DNA from: Candidatus Campbellbacteria bacterium
Lineage (GTDB): Bacteria; Patescibacteriota; Minisyncoccia; Phycocordibacterales; GCA-2747955
Length of the DNA: 37,006 nucleotides
Direction: 5' to 3'
NCBI GenBank assembly: GCA_002747955.1
Contig: PDQZ01000004.1
Location: 1 to 37,006 of the forward strand
The notes beneath the pieces were generated by a model, which saw nothing but the letters and a program-made list of their open reading frames with translations, ran no database searches and had not been told where the DNA came from. Numbering within the stretch: the stretch's first letter is position 1; every line of letters starts with the position of its first letter. The translations under genes and the position numbers were made by a program. Below, one piece after another: positions 1 to 9,019 of this stretch.

Positions 1-111
1 AAAAACCCTTGTGTATATTAAATTGATAATATATAAAAACTTTGATATCAAAACCTTTAGTTTTGGAAATCAAAAAATGATTTCTAAGTTATTATATAAA
101 GGCAGGTTCGG

Positions 112-203
112 GTTGAAAAAACCAATTTTGGGTATAAGGCTTAGTTTATGTTAATTTAAAAGTTTAAAGAATGTGCCTTATACCCAAAATTGGTTTTTTC
201 AAC
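112..203. repeat. Inverted repeat, 29-bp perfect arms, 34-nt spacer
   Basis: gttgaaaaaaccaattttgggtataaggc (112-140) is the reverse complement of 175-203. Confidence 0.95.
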
Positions 204-313
204 GGATTTTATTTTTTATAAATAATGTGTAATTTATTTAATTAAAAAATATCAAATTTTCAAAATTTGATATAAATTGAGCGAGTGAGTGGGTTAGGGG
301 GGTGCGGTAGGTG

Positions 314-396
314 GCCCGAAACTTTAAAGCAGATTTTCAGAAAAAAGTCCGACTTTGTCGGACTTTTTTCTGAAAATCTGCTTTAAAGTTTCGGGC
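314..396. repeat. Perfect palindrome, 40-bp arms, TTT loop
   Basis: 314-353 gcccgaaac...gtccgac / 357-396 gtcggac...tttcgggc. Confidence 0.95.
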
Positions 397-567
397 TTAT
401 TGGAGGTATTAAAATAAATGTGCTGTATTATTTTTGTTAAAATAGAGTTGTAAAGCATAGAGTTTGGAGAGCTAATCGGAGGCTTAACACAAGTGATAAA
501 TTTTAATTTTGTTAATTTTGTAAAACACGTAAAATAACCAACTTTTTAAGTTGGTTGTTTTTAGGTT

Positions 568-1869
568 TTAAAGTATTTTTTGTCCAAAAAAGTTTTTTAT
601 TTTTTGCCAGAAAGAATTTTGGTTTTCTTTTTGTTTGATTTTAAAATCAGAGTATTCGGCGATTTTGTCTTCTTCTGTTTTTTGTTCAAACAAAATATCT
701 TTGTCTGCATAAACCTCAAGATTTTTCTGAAGTTCTTTTTTTATTTCTTCTTCGGTTTTTTCTTTCCATTTTTTCAAAAAGACTTTCTCTTCTTTTTTGT
801 CTATTTTCTTTGTTTTCTTTTCTTCTTTTTTTGGTTCTGTTTTTTTCTTATCTTTCTTTGGTTTTTCTTTTTTGTGTTTTTTCTTTTCTGCTTTCTTTTC
901 TTTTTCCTTATCCTCCTTCTTTTCTTTCTTTTTGTTTTTGGGTAAAGATTTTGCTTTTTCTTCTTTTGGTAGTAAAGATTTTTTGTTTTTAGGTAAGAAA
1001 GTTTTTTTCTTTTTTGTTTTTGGTAAAAACATTTTCTTTTTTTCTTCTTTCTTCTCTTTTTTCTTTTCTACTTTGTTTTCAAGTTTTTTGTCTTTACTTT
1101 CAATTTTTTCTTTCTCAACTTTTATCGGTAGATACTCCCATTTTCTTAATTTTGGAACAGTTAAAGCTAAAATTTCTACAACATACTGTGACTCTTCTTT
1201 TGAAATATCAGGGATTGCATCAGAAAAAGATAAAATATTTTGCCAAATATTTACTTCCTCAACCTCAGCCCCGCAAGCTTTTAGTAAGTTTTTGGTTGTT
1301 CTGAAAAGTTCACCCCAGGAACCCACCATTTTGATTTTCTTGCTTTCTAGATTTTTTAAAAGTTCTAAAACTTTTTTAGCATCAAGGTCTAAAATGTTAA
1401 ACTCTTTTTTGTTTTTAACTTTTCCTTTTTGGGTTTCTAAAAAGACAATATTGTTTTTGTGAAAATATAAAACATTTTCATTTTCAGTTAAGTTGTTGCT
1501 TAAAATAATTCCTTTGGTGTTTGGTTTTTCAATCTCTTTGTTTTTTGGACCAAAACCTGCGATTTTTAAAGACTCGTTTATTACAATTTTAAAATGATCA
1601 TCTTTTGTTTCAAATTCTTGAAAACATACTTTAAAATTTGAACTCTTTGTTTTTGTTCTGATGATTTTGAAAAAATCAATAAACTTTTTTTTATCCAAAA
1701 CCCCGTCTTTTTTTATAAAAGTATCAAAAGATTCTTTTGTCCAAAAAACTGGATTGTAAGAGTTGTTAACTTTTTGCAATTCTAAAACTTCCAAAAAACC
1801 ATTTTTGTTTATTCTTAATCCTGCAAAGGTTTTTGCGTCATCATTTGAGAAAATATTTAAAATGCTCAT
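568..1869 (-). CDS. Hypothetical protein with Lys/Glu-rich low-complexity C-terminal half; N-terminal part possibly a degenerate PilM-like domain
   Basis: 433-aa ORF; segment VNIWQNILSFSDAIPDISKEES resembles the C-terminus of Parcubacteria PilM-like proteins (from memory, weak). Confidence 0.6.
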   Translation of the reverse strand: MSILNIFSNDDAKTFAGLRINKNGFLEVLELQKVNNSYNPVFWTKESFDTFIKKDGVLDKKKFIDFFKIIRTKTKSSNFKVCFQEFETKDDHFKIVINESLKIAGFGPKNKEIEKPNTKGIILSNNLTENENVLYFHKNNIVFLETQKGKVKNKKEFNILDLDAKKVLELLKNLESKKIKMVGSWGELFRTTKNLLKACGAEVEEVNIWQNILSFSDAIPDISKEESQYVVEILALTVPKLRKWEYLPIKVEKEKIESKDKKLENKVEKKKEKKEEKKKMFLPKTKKKKTFLPKNKKSLLPKEEKAKSLPKNKKKEKKEDKEKEKKAEKKKHKKEKPKKDKKKTEPKKEEKKTKKIDKKEEKVFLKKWKEKTEEEIKKELQKNLEVYADKDILFEQKTEEDKIAEYSDFKIKQKENQNSFWQKIKNFFGQKIL

Positions 1870-1940
1870 TTTATTATATTATTTTGTTGCTTTTATTATA
1901 CTATTTTTTAGAAAAAAATGCTATTTTTCAAAATAAAAGT

Positions 1941-2019
1941 TTCCCCGCCGCCGAAGGCGGCGGGGAATTAAATCAAAACAAAAACCAAACAACGCGCAGC
2001 GTTATTTGGTTTTTGTTTT
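1941..2019. terminator. Two adjacent GNA-triloop hairpins; 1975-2019 is the likely terminator of the 2030-2662 gene
   Basis: ttccccgccgcc-GAA-ggcggcggggaa (1941-1967); aaaacaaaaaccaaacaacgc-GCA-gcgttatttggtttttgtttt (1975-2019). Confidence 0.7.
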
Positions 2020-2029
2020 TTTATATTTT

Positions 2030-2662
2030 TTAAGATGCTTTGCTTCCAGTTTTAACATCCTTTTCTGGACTCAAAATTGAAAATCCGTTTTCCTTATCTG
2101 AAACTCCTAAAATCATTCCATCAGATTCTAATCCAAAAATCTCTCTTGGTGCCAAGTTTGTCACAAAAGTGGCTTTTTTCCCAACAAGCTCTTCTGGTTT
2201 ATAATCTTTTGCAATTCCAGAAACAATTTGTCTTTTCTCTCTTCCAAAAGAAACTTTAAGTTTTAAAAGCTTGTCTGATTTTTCAACTTTTTCAGCTTCT
2301 TCGATTTCCCCAAGTTTAATCTCAACTTTTGCAAAATCATCAAAAGTAATTTTATCGTTCATAAAAGCTTCAACTTTTTCTCCAGCCTCTTCCAAAACAT
2401 CTCCCGCTTTATCAAGACCTTTTTTAACACTTTTTGAAACTCCTGTTTTTTGATCAATTTCTGAAACTTTTTCTTTCACGTTATCAAAAGTTTCACTAAC
2501 ACTTTCTTTAACATCATCAAATTTTTCAGAAATTTCAAGTTTGTCATCAACATTTTCTGCAAAGTCTGAAACTTTTTCTTTGACATCACCTGAAAAATCT
2601 TTTACATTTTTTGTAATTTTTTTACCTTTTTTTGAATTAAATATTTTATTTAAAAAACTCAT
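2030..2662 (-). CDS. tRNA-binding OB-fold protein (MetRS C-terminal/Trbp111-like) with an N-terminal helical repeat extension
   Basis: C-terminal ITFDDFAKVEIKLGEI...SDKLLKLKV...RQIVSGIA...NLAPR..G.ESDGMIL is the MetRS-beta/CsaA signature. Confidence 0.85.
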   Translation of the reverse strand: MSFLNKIFNSKKGKKITKNVKDFSGDVKEKVSDFAENVDDKLEISEKFDDVKESVSETFDNVKEKVSEIDQKTGVSKSVKKGLDKAGDVLEEAGEKVEAFMNDKITFDDFAKVEIKLGEIEEAEKVEKSDKLLKLKVSFGREKRQIVSGIAKDYKPEELVGKKATFVTNLAPREIFGLESDGMILGVSDKENGFSILSPEKDVKTGSKAS

Positions 2663-2725
2663 ATTTTTATTTTATTAGATTTATAATATCTAAATTATAT
2701 CATAATATGTTATAATACAAACATT

Positions 2726-4963
2726 ATGGTTAAGAAAAAAACTTCTAAAAAAACCAAAAAATTAAAATTGGTTGAAAAAAAGAAAACCCTTTCAGAAAAA
2801 CTAAATATTCAAGACGAAACACTATATTTTACAATCGGTGCTTTGCTTTTGTTTGTTTCAATTTTTCTTTTTGCGGGAGCTTTTGGGTATTCAGGAAAAG
2901 TAGGAAACTTTGTTTATGATAAACTTTTTTACGCAGTTGGAGTAGGTTACTACTTGTTTCCAGCTTTATTTACAATTTTAGCTTTGACATTTTTTATGTC
3001 TATTAAAAAAACTTTTACCAAAGTGAAAATTTTTGCTTCATTTTTGTTTTTGGTTTCAGGTTTGGGGCTGATTGAACTTATTTTCCAAAACGGAGGGTAT
3101 TTAGGAAAGTTTGTGGCAAAAATCAAAGACTTTTTTGATAAACCAATGTCAGTTACTTTTTTTGTAATTTTGATTTTAATCTCACTTGTTTTGTTAATCG
3201 ACAAAATCCCAAAACTGCCATCTATTTTTAAAAGAAAGGAAAAAGAAATCCCTTACACAGAGTCTTTGTCAGAACAAGAAGAAGCTAAACTTCAAAAATC
3301 AGTTCCAATTGAAATAAAAGTAAACACAAGCCAAGCTCAAAAGGAAAATACAGATGATAAAAAAACCGAAACAGAAGAACAAGAAAAACCAAAAAAAGAA
3401 AAAAAACCATTTTTTGTAACTTCATTGTCAGAAAAGAAAAACCAAGAAAAAACTTTGTCAGAAAAAGCCAAAAATACAATCTACAACAACAAAATTGTTT
3501 TGCCACCACTTTCTTTACTTTCAAAAGACAGCGGAAAACCAAACGCAGGAGATGTAAAACAAAACGCATATTTGATCAAACAAACTTTGGCTTCTTTTGG
3601 AATTGGAGTTGAAATCGAGGGTGTTTCTGTGGGACCAACTGTTGCTCGGTATTCTTTAAAACCAAAAGCTGGAGTAAAAGTTTCAAAAATCGCAGCTTTG
3701 TCAGACGACTTAGCACTTGCATTAGCTGCTAAGTCAATTATTATTCAAACTCCAATCCCAGGGCAGTCTTTGGTAGGAATTGAAATTCCAAACCGAAACA
3801 AAATCACAGTGGGAGCAGGTTCTTTGTTCTCATCACCTGAATTTAAAAATTCAAAATTTGCACTTCCACTTGCAATCGGAAAAGACATTTCAGGGCAGAC
3901 TACAATAATTGGTCTTGAAAAAACTCCGCATATGCTTGTTGCTGGTGCAACAGGAGCTGGAAAATCCGTAACAGTGCACGCGATTTTAAACTCGCTTTTG
4001 TATACTCACGGACCTGACTTTTTGAAATTCATTTTGGTTGATCCAAAAAGAGTTGAAATGACACTTTACGATGGTATTCCACATTTGTTAACACCTGTGA
4101 TTACAGATGCTAAAAAAGCCATTTTGGCTTTAAGGTGGGCTGTAAATGAAATGGAAAGAAGATACGAAATTTTACAAGAACACAAGTTAAGAGATATTGC
4201 ATCTTATCATCAAAATGTTGTTAAAAAGGCCAAAGAAAAACACAAAGAAGGCGAAGATTTGCCTGAAAATATGCCGTATATTGTCATTGTAATTGACGAG
4301 CTTTCAGATATTATGCAACAGTTTCCAAAAGAGCTTGAAAGTGGGATTGTTTCAATTGCTCAAAAGGCTCGGGCTGTGGGAATTCACTTGATTTTGTCAA
4401 CACAAAGACCGTCTGTAAATGTTGTAACAGGGCTTATTAAAGCAAACGTTCCAACAAGACTTGCTTTGCAAACTTCGTCTGCTATTGACTCTAAAACTAT
4501 TTTGGATATGGCGGGAGCTGAAAAACTTTTGGGACAAGGAGACATGCTTTATATGACAGGTTCAATGCCAAAACCAGTTCGTGTTCAGTCTTCATTTATC
4601 TCAGAAGATGAGGTTAAAAAAGTTGTAAGATTTATTAAAAAAGCTTATAAAAATGTTTTGGAAGATGACATAAACTTGGAAGGAGAAAACAGGGATAAAC
4701 ATGCCCAAGAACTTGTTTCAGCATCTTCATCTGCTATTGATTTTGAATCACAAGAAGATGAAATGGATCTAGATCCACTTTATGCAGATGCAAAAGCCGA
4801 AGTGATTGCTTCTCAAAAAGCATCAACTTCGTATCTGCAAAGAAAGTTTGGAATAGGTTATGCACGAGCTGCAAAACTAATTGATATTTTGGAGGAAAAA
4901 GGAGTGGTTGGACCGCAAAATGGGTCGAAACCAAGGGAGGTTCTTGTGGAAAAAGAACAATAA
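2726..4963 (+). CDS. ftsK: DNA translocase FtsK/SpoIIIE
   Basis: N-terminal TM helices, Walker A GATGAGKS, DPKRVE, IDEL, TQRPS, gamma domain SYLQRKFGIGYARAA. Confidence 0.97.
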   Translation: MVKKKTSKKTKKLKLVEKKKTLSEKLNIQDETLYFTIGALLLFVSIFLFAGAFGYSGKVGNFVYDKLFYAVGVGYYLFPALFTILALTFFMSIKKTFTKVKIFASFLFLVSGLGLIELIFQNGGYLGKFVAKIKDFFDKPMSVTFFVILILISLVLLIDKIPKLPSIFKRKEKEIPYTESLSEQEEAKLQKSVPIEIKVNTSQAQKENTDDKKTETEEQEKPKKEKKPFFVTSLSEKKNQEKTLSEKAKNTIYNNKIVLPPLSLLSKDSGKPNAGDVKQNAYLIKQTLASFGIGVEIEGVSVGPTVARYSLKPKAGVKVSKIAALSDDLALALAAKSIIIQTPIPGQSLVGIEIPNRNKITVGAGSLFSSPEFKNSKFALPLAIGKDISGQTTIIGLEKTPHMLVAGATGAGKSVTVHAILNSLLYTHGPDFLKFILVDPKRVEMTLYDGIPHLLTPVITDAKKAILALRWAVNEMERRYEILQEHKLRDIASYHQNVVKKAKEKHKEGEDLPENMPYIVIVIDELSDIMQQFPKELESGIVSIAQKARAVGIHLILSTQRPSVNVVTGLIKANVPTRLALQTSSAIDSKTILDMAGAEKLLGQGDMLYMTGSMPKPVRVQSSFISEDEVKKVVRFIKKAYKNVLEDDINLEGENRDKHAQELVSASSSAIDFESQEDEMDLDPLYADAKAEVIASQKASTSYLQRKFGIGYARAAKLIDILEEKGVVGPQNGSKPREVLVEKEQ

Positions 4964-4970
4964 AAACTTA

Positions 4971-5028
4971 AAAAAAGCAGGAAATTTGCACTCCAACACA
5001 AAAACACAGGCAAATTTCCTGCTTTTTT
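4971..5028 (+). terminator. Inverted repeat after ftsK (19-bp arms, 20-nt spacer), likely terminator
   Basis: aaaaaagcaggaaatttgc / gcaaatttcctgctttttt. Confidence 0.65.
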
Positions 5029-5079
5029 GTGTCAAAAATTTTAAAATCTCAGGTTTATTTAATATGATATAATAAATAC

Positions 5080-5508
5080 ATGAATAAAAAAGATTTGAAG
5101 TATGCCAAAGTTTATTTGGAAATGGCAAGAAAGTGGAGTGAGCTGTCGCATTGTAAAAGAAAAAAGGTGGGAGCTTTGATTGTAAAAGACAGAGCTATTA
5201 TTTCAGATGGTTATAATGGAACACCAACAGGTTTTGAAAATGAGTGTGAAAAAGATGATCAAACAAAGTGGTATGTTTTACACGCAGAAGCAAATGCTAT
5301 TTTAAAAACAGCAGGGTCAACACAATCTTGCAAAAATGCTACGTTATATTTAACAGCATCTCCGTGTCGTGAATGTAGTAAGCTGATACATCAAGCAGGA
5401 ATTAAAAAATTAGTTTATGCAGAAGAATATAGAAACACAGAAGGTTTAGAATTTTTAGAAAAAGCAGGTGTTGAGATTTTGCATTTGCCTTTTGATGTAC
5501 AAAGATAA
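5080..5508 (+). CDS. dCMP deaminase (ComEB family)
   Basis: HAEANA and PCREC zinc-deaminase motifs, VGALIV..IISDGYNG. Confidence 0.93.
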   Translation: MNKKDLKYAKVYLEMARKWSELSHCKRKKVGALIVKDRAIISDGYNGTPTGFENECEKDDQTKWYVLHAEANAILKTAGSTQSCKNATLYLTASPCRECSKLIHQAGIKKLVYAEEYRNTEGLEFLEKAGVEILHLPFDVQR

Positions 5509-5533
5509 AACCAATTTTGGTTATTTAATAAAT

Positions 5534-5566
5534 TTGAAAAAGTGTAACAGATGTGTTACACTTTTT
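5534..5566 (+). promoter_or_regulatory. Toxin-antitoxin promoter overlapped by an operator palindrome
   Basis: TTGAAA(5534)-N17-TACACT(5557); 13-bp inverted repeat aaaaagtgtaaca-gatg-tgttacacttttt (5537-5566). Confidence 0.75.
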
Positions 5567-5568
5567 TT

Positions 5569-5790
5569 ATGGCAACAAAACAACAAAGAACAATGGTTAC
5601 TCTTTCTGAAGACACGAAAAAAACAATTAACGCTTTGGCTAAAAAACAAAAAAAATCAATTTCAAAAACAACAGCTGAACTTTTGGATTTTGCTTTAAGT
5701 GTTCATGAAGATGTTTATTTCAATAAAGAAGCCAACAGAAGAATTTCAGAGAAGTTTAAAAAAATTAGTCATCAAGATATGTGGGATTAA
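5569..5790 (+). CDS. Antitoxin, ribbon-helix-helix type
   Basis: RTMVTLSEDTKKTINALAKKQKKSISK RHH-like pattern, C-terminal ISHQDMW, directly upstream of a RelE gene; ATG 5569 preferred. Confidence 0.8.
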   Translation: MATKQQRTMVTLSEDTKKTINALAKKQKKSISKTTAELLDFALSVHEDVYFNKEANRRISEKFKKISHQDMWD

Positions 5791-5802
5791 AATTTAACAA
5801 AA

Positions 5803-6075
5803 ATGTTTCAAATATATTATCATTCACAAGTTAAAAATGACTTGAAAAAAATTTCTAAAACAGAAAAAACTAAAATTAAAAAAGCCATTGAAAACAAACT
5901 TTCAGTAGATCCGGTTGTTTTTGGAAATTTTTTAAAAAACACATTGTCTGGTTATCGAAAATTAAAAGTTGGTAAGTACAGAATAGTTTATCAGGTTACA
6001 AACAAAAAAGAGATTTTAATTATTATAATTTCTCATAGAAAAGACGTATATAGTCATGTTTTAAAAAGAGTATAA
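5803..6075 (+). CDS. RelE/ParE family toxin
   Basis: LSGYRKLKVGKYRIVY...ISHRKDVY. Confidence 0.9.
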   Translation: MFQIYYHSQVKNDLKKISKTEKTKIKKAIENKLSVDPVVFGNFLKNTLSGYRKLKVGKYRIVYQVTNKKEILIIIISHRKDVYSHVLKRV

Positions 6076-6080
6076 TCAAA

Positions 6081-6113
6081 AAAGCCAAATAACGCGTAGC
6101 GTTATTTGGCTTT
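6081..6113. terminator. GTA-triloop hairpin after the toxin gene
   Basis: aaagccaaataacgc-GTA-gcgttatttggcttt; near-identical core to 1981-2013. Confidence 0.7.
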
Positions 6114-6145
6114 GTCGATTTTATAAATACAACGAAACAATTTTA

Positions 6146-6393
6146 GTGTAGAAAAACGCCAGAAATTAGATGCCAAGCGAGGTGGCGAACAAAAAAACTG
6201 CGAGATGTATGTGTTATTACGTTGAGAAATTTTTTCGTGAAGGAAACAAAGTAATAAGTTTCTTACTAAAACTTGAAAAACCAGATGGATAACGAGGAGA
6301 CGGGCAAAAAAACTCTGAGCCGTATGTGTTATTACGGTGAAGAGGTTTTTTTGCGACGACGACAAAGTTAGCCACTGGTTTTTCAAGTTTTAG
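6146..6393 (+). repeat. Structured hairpin element family, tandem copies A (6146-~6252, right arm decayed) and B (6266-6393)
   Basis: Core GAG-(A/C)YGTA-tgtgttat-TACG(T/G)-TGA; B has a 19-bp perfect outer stem ctaaaacttgaaaaaccag/ctggtttttcaagttttag. Confidence 0.9.
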
Positions 6394-8261
6394 CTTTCGA
6401 AAGCAGAAATAATGCTCTGAATCATAATCTTCGCCTTCCCAGTCTGTTCTCCCGTACCATAAATCAAAACACTTCCATCTCTTTTAATATCAACTTTGGC
6501 TCGACTTTCTTTTGTAATATTGTTGATCACAGATCCACCTTTACCAATAACCACTCCGATTTTTGAAACAGGGATTGTAATTTTCTCTACTACCTCAATG
6601 TTTTCATTCAAAACATTTGGTTCAGAAATTTCAGCATCAAGTACTTCCAAAATTTCATACCGAGCCTCTTTTGCTCTTTCTAAAACTTCTTTGATAATTT
6701 CTAAACTCAGCCCATCATTTTTCAAATCAAGTTGAACAGCTGTAATTCCGTTTTTAGAACCAGCCACTTTAAAATCCATATCCCCGTAAAAGTCTTCTTT
6801 TCCTACAATGTCTGTTAAAATTTTGTATTCATTTTCGTTTTTTTCAACAAGCCCAACAGCAATTCCTGCGATTTTTTCTTTTACAGGAACTCCCGCGTCA
6901 AGCAAAGCCAGAGTTGTTCCACAAACAGAAGCCATTGAAGTTGAACCGTTTGAAGACATTATTTCAGAAACCACTCTGATTGTATAAGGAAAAGTTTCAC
7001 TTGAAGGAATCACTCTTTTTTGAGCTTTTTCAGCAAGACTTCCGTGTCCAATTTCTCGTCTTGATGGACTTCCAAGTCTTCCTGCTTCTCCAACACAATA
7101 AGGAGGGAAGTTGTAGTGGTGAATAAAGTTTTTAATTCCGTTCACTTCCATTCCACTTATAAACAAAGCATCTTTCAAATCCCCAATAGTTACAAAAGAC
7201 ATTGCGTGAGTTTGTCCTCTGTAAAAAATACCTGTTCCGTGAACCTTTTTTGAAAATCCACCCGCTTTGGCAAACAAAGGTCGAACTTCATCAAGTGCTC
7301 TTCCATCAAGTCTTTTTTCTTTTTCTAAAATATTTTTACGAACAATTTTTTTGATTTCTTTTTCAAAAACATTTCCAAGCTCGTCTGGAGAATATTTGTT
7401 TTCAAAACCTTGTTCTGAAACTTTTAAAATAAATTCTTTTTTTAAGTTTTCTGTAAAATCATTGTCTAAAATTTTTTCAAAATTCTGTTCTAAAGTATTT
7501 TGGAAATTTTGTTCAAAAAAGTTTTCAATTTCTGTCCAGTCTCTTTCTTCTGGAATATCTTTTAGAATATTGTTTTCTTTTTTAACTTCTTCTGTCATAG
7601 AAGCAAAAAAGTCTTCGACTTTTTTGCTTTCTTCAAGTCCTTTTTGAACAATTTCTAAAAATTGATCTTCGTTTAAACAAAGCGATTCATTTTCAATCAT
7701 GATTACTTTTCCATTTCTAAATGACAAAAATGTGTCATTTACTTTTTCATTGTTTTTGTAATCAATGTATTTTGGATTAATTTCAAACTCGCCACTTTCT
7801 TTTTTAACAACTCTTAAAGCAGAAGCTTGACCAAGCCAGTTTAAAGATGAAGACATCAAAGCAACAATGGCTCCGTTTGTTGCCAAAACATCAGGGTCAT
7901 AGTCTCCCAAGGATAAAACATTTGCGATTATATGTACATCGTTTTTAATATTTTTATCAAAAAAAGGTCTGATAGTCCTGTCAATTATTCTTGCTGATAA
8001 AACTGCTTCGGTTGAAGGTTTTCCTTCTCTTTTGTTGTATTTACTTCCTAAAATTTCACCTGTGGCGTAAAACTTTTCCTGGTAATCAACTCTTAAAGGG
8101 AAATAGTTTTTTGTAGAAACAGCACCCTTTGCAATAACTACCTGAACTTTTGTTTCTCCCAAAGAAACGATCACTGAATTTTCAGCATTTGAACACAAAT
8201 TTGAAAATTCAAAAGACATTTCTTTTCCGCCAAAATCTATACTATATTTTTTTACTTTCAT
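6390..8261 (-). CDS. pnp: Polyribonucleotide nucleotidyltransferase (two RNase PH domains plus KH, no S1)
   Basis: FPLRVDYQEK, RREIGHG, SNGSTSMAS, EDFYGDMDFK, KH motif IGVVIGKGG. Confidence 0.95.
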   Translation of the reverse strand: MKVKKYSIDFGGKEMSFEFSNLCSNAENSVIVSLGETKVQVVIAKGAVSTKNYFPLRVDYQEKFYATGEILGSKYNKREGKPSTEAVLSARIIDRTIRPFFDKNIKNDVHIIANVLSLGDYDPDVLATNGAIVALMSSSLNWLGQASALRVVKKESGEFEINPKYIDYKNNEKVNDTFLSFRNGKVIMIENESLCLNEDQFLEIVQKGLEESKKVEDFFASMTEEVKKENNILKDIPEERDWTEIENFFEQNFQNTLEQNFEKILDNDFTENLKKEFILKVSEQGFENKYSPDELGNVFEKEIKKIVRKNILEKEKRLDGRALDEVRPLFAKAGGFSKKVHGTGIFYRGQTHAMSFVTIGDLKDALFISGMEVNGIKNFIHHYNFPPYCVGEAGRLGSPSRREIGHGSLAEKAQKRVIPSSETFPYTIRVVSEIMSSNGSTSMASVCGTTLALLDAGVPVKEKIAGIAVGLVEKNENEYKILTDIVGKEDFYGDMDFKVAGSKNGITAVQLDLKNDGLSLEIIKEVLERAKEARYEILEVLDAEISEPNVLNENIEVVEKITIPVSKIGVVIGKGGSVINNITKESRAKVDIKRDGSVLIYGTGEQTGKAKIMIQSIISAFES

Positions 8262-8311
8262 AATGCTTTAAGTATAACATTTTTAAAGCAAAATTTAAAA
8301 ATTCAAATCTA

Positions 8312-8408
8312 GAAAAAGCCCGAAATTTTTTGGAAGTTTTTTGGGAAATGTCACAGGCCTTGCCTGTGACATTTTCCAAAAAACTTCCAAAAAATTTCGG
8401 GCTTTTTC
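8312..8408. repeat. Palindrome, 47-bp arms (1 mismatch), CTT loop
   Basis: gaaaaagcccgaaa...gtcacaggc-CTT-gcctgtgac...tttcgggctttttc. Confidence 0.95.
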
Positions 8409-8509
8409 ACCCATCTGCCTTAAAAAGTCTTCCATTTATAAAATTGCCAAAAACATATTTTGATGTTATAATCAAATTTGATTTTGTTTAAACTAATGAG
8501 GGTATAAAA

Positions 8510-8791
8510 ATGATTAATTTTTTAAAAGAAAATTTGGGTTTTATTTTCAGCCTTGCTTTATTTATAGCATTAGTAAATATACCCCCACGAGAGAGTGAAG
8601 AGAGTATTGAAAATAAAGAAAAAATCATAAATAAAAAAGTACAAAGAATTAATAAAAATAAATTTGAGAAATGTTGGGGAGGAGTAGTTTATTATATAGT
8701 CGAATTTGAAGGGCTTAGGAGTGGTTACTTGGCAATCACCCCAAAAGTTAATTCAGAAACTTTGGAGTTTGAAAAATGTACTGAACAATAA
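8510..8791 (+). CDS. Small hypothetical protein with N-terminal TM segment
   Basis: 93-aa ORF, GAGGG upstream, TGnTATAAT promoter near 8464, hairpin aggcgca/tgcgcct after the stop. Confidence 0.7.
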   Translation: MINFLKENLGFIFSLALFIALVNIPPRESEESIENKEKIINKKVQRINKNKFEKCWGGVVYYIVEFEGLRSGYLAITPKVNSETLEFEKCTEQ

Positions 8792-9019
8792 TGAATTTTA
8801 GAGGCGCACAAGTTGCGCCTTTTTCTTTTTAAATTTTATTTTTCAAAAAATTAAAAAAGTTATGCACACTTGACATTTGGAGGTCTTGAAAAATAAAGAA
8901 AGTCAAAAATTTTCTAAAATCAAAAATGTATGCTAAAATGAATTAAACAAAAATAATATAAATTTAGCCTTTAAAAATTAAAAGCTCCTAAATTTTTATT
9001 AAGTTTAATTTGCAAAAAT

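Noticed and set aside
580..1462. Phe-rich plus-strand ORFs (580, 797, 810, 1014)
   Set aside because: Antisense shadows of the Lys/Glu-rich minus-strand gene; the same applies to the other short ORFs overlapping clear genes on the opposite strand.
6102..6386. ORFs at 6102-6386, 18063-18302, 28830-29087 and 30307-30528
   Set aside because: They run through hairpin elements, have no plausible starts or motifs, and are not conserved in frame between copies.
8860..8868. TTATGCACA (and TTATCAACA near 13916) as DnaA boxes or oriC
   Set aside because: Isolated single matches, no box cluster and no dnaA in the window.
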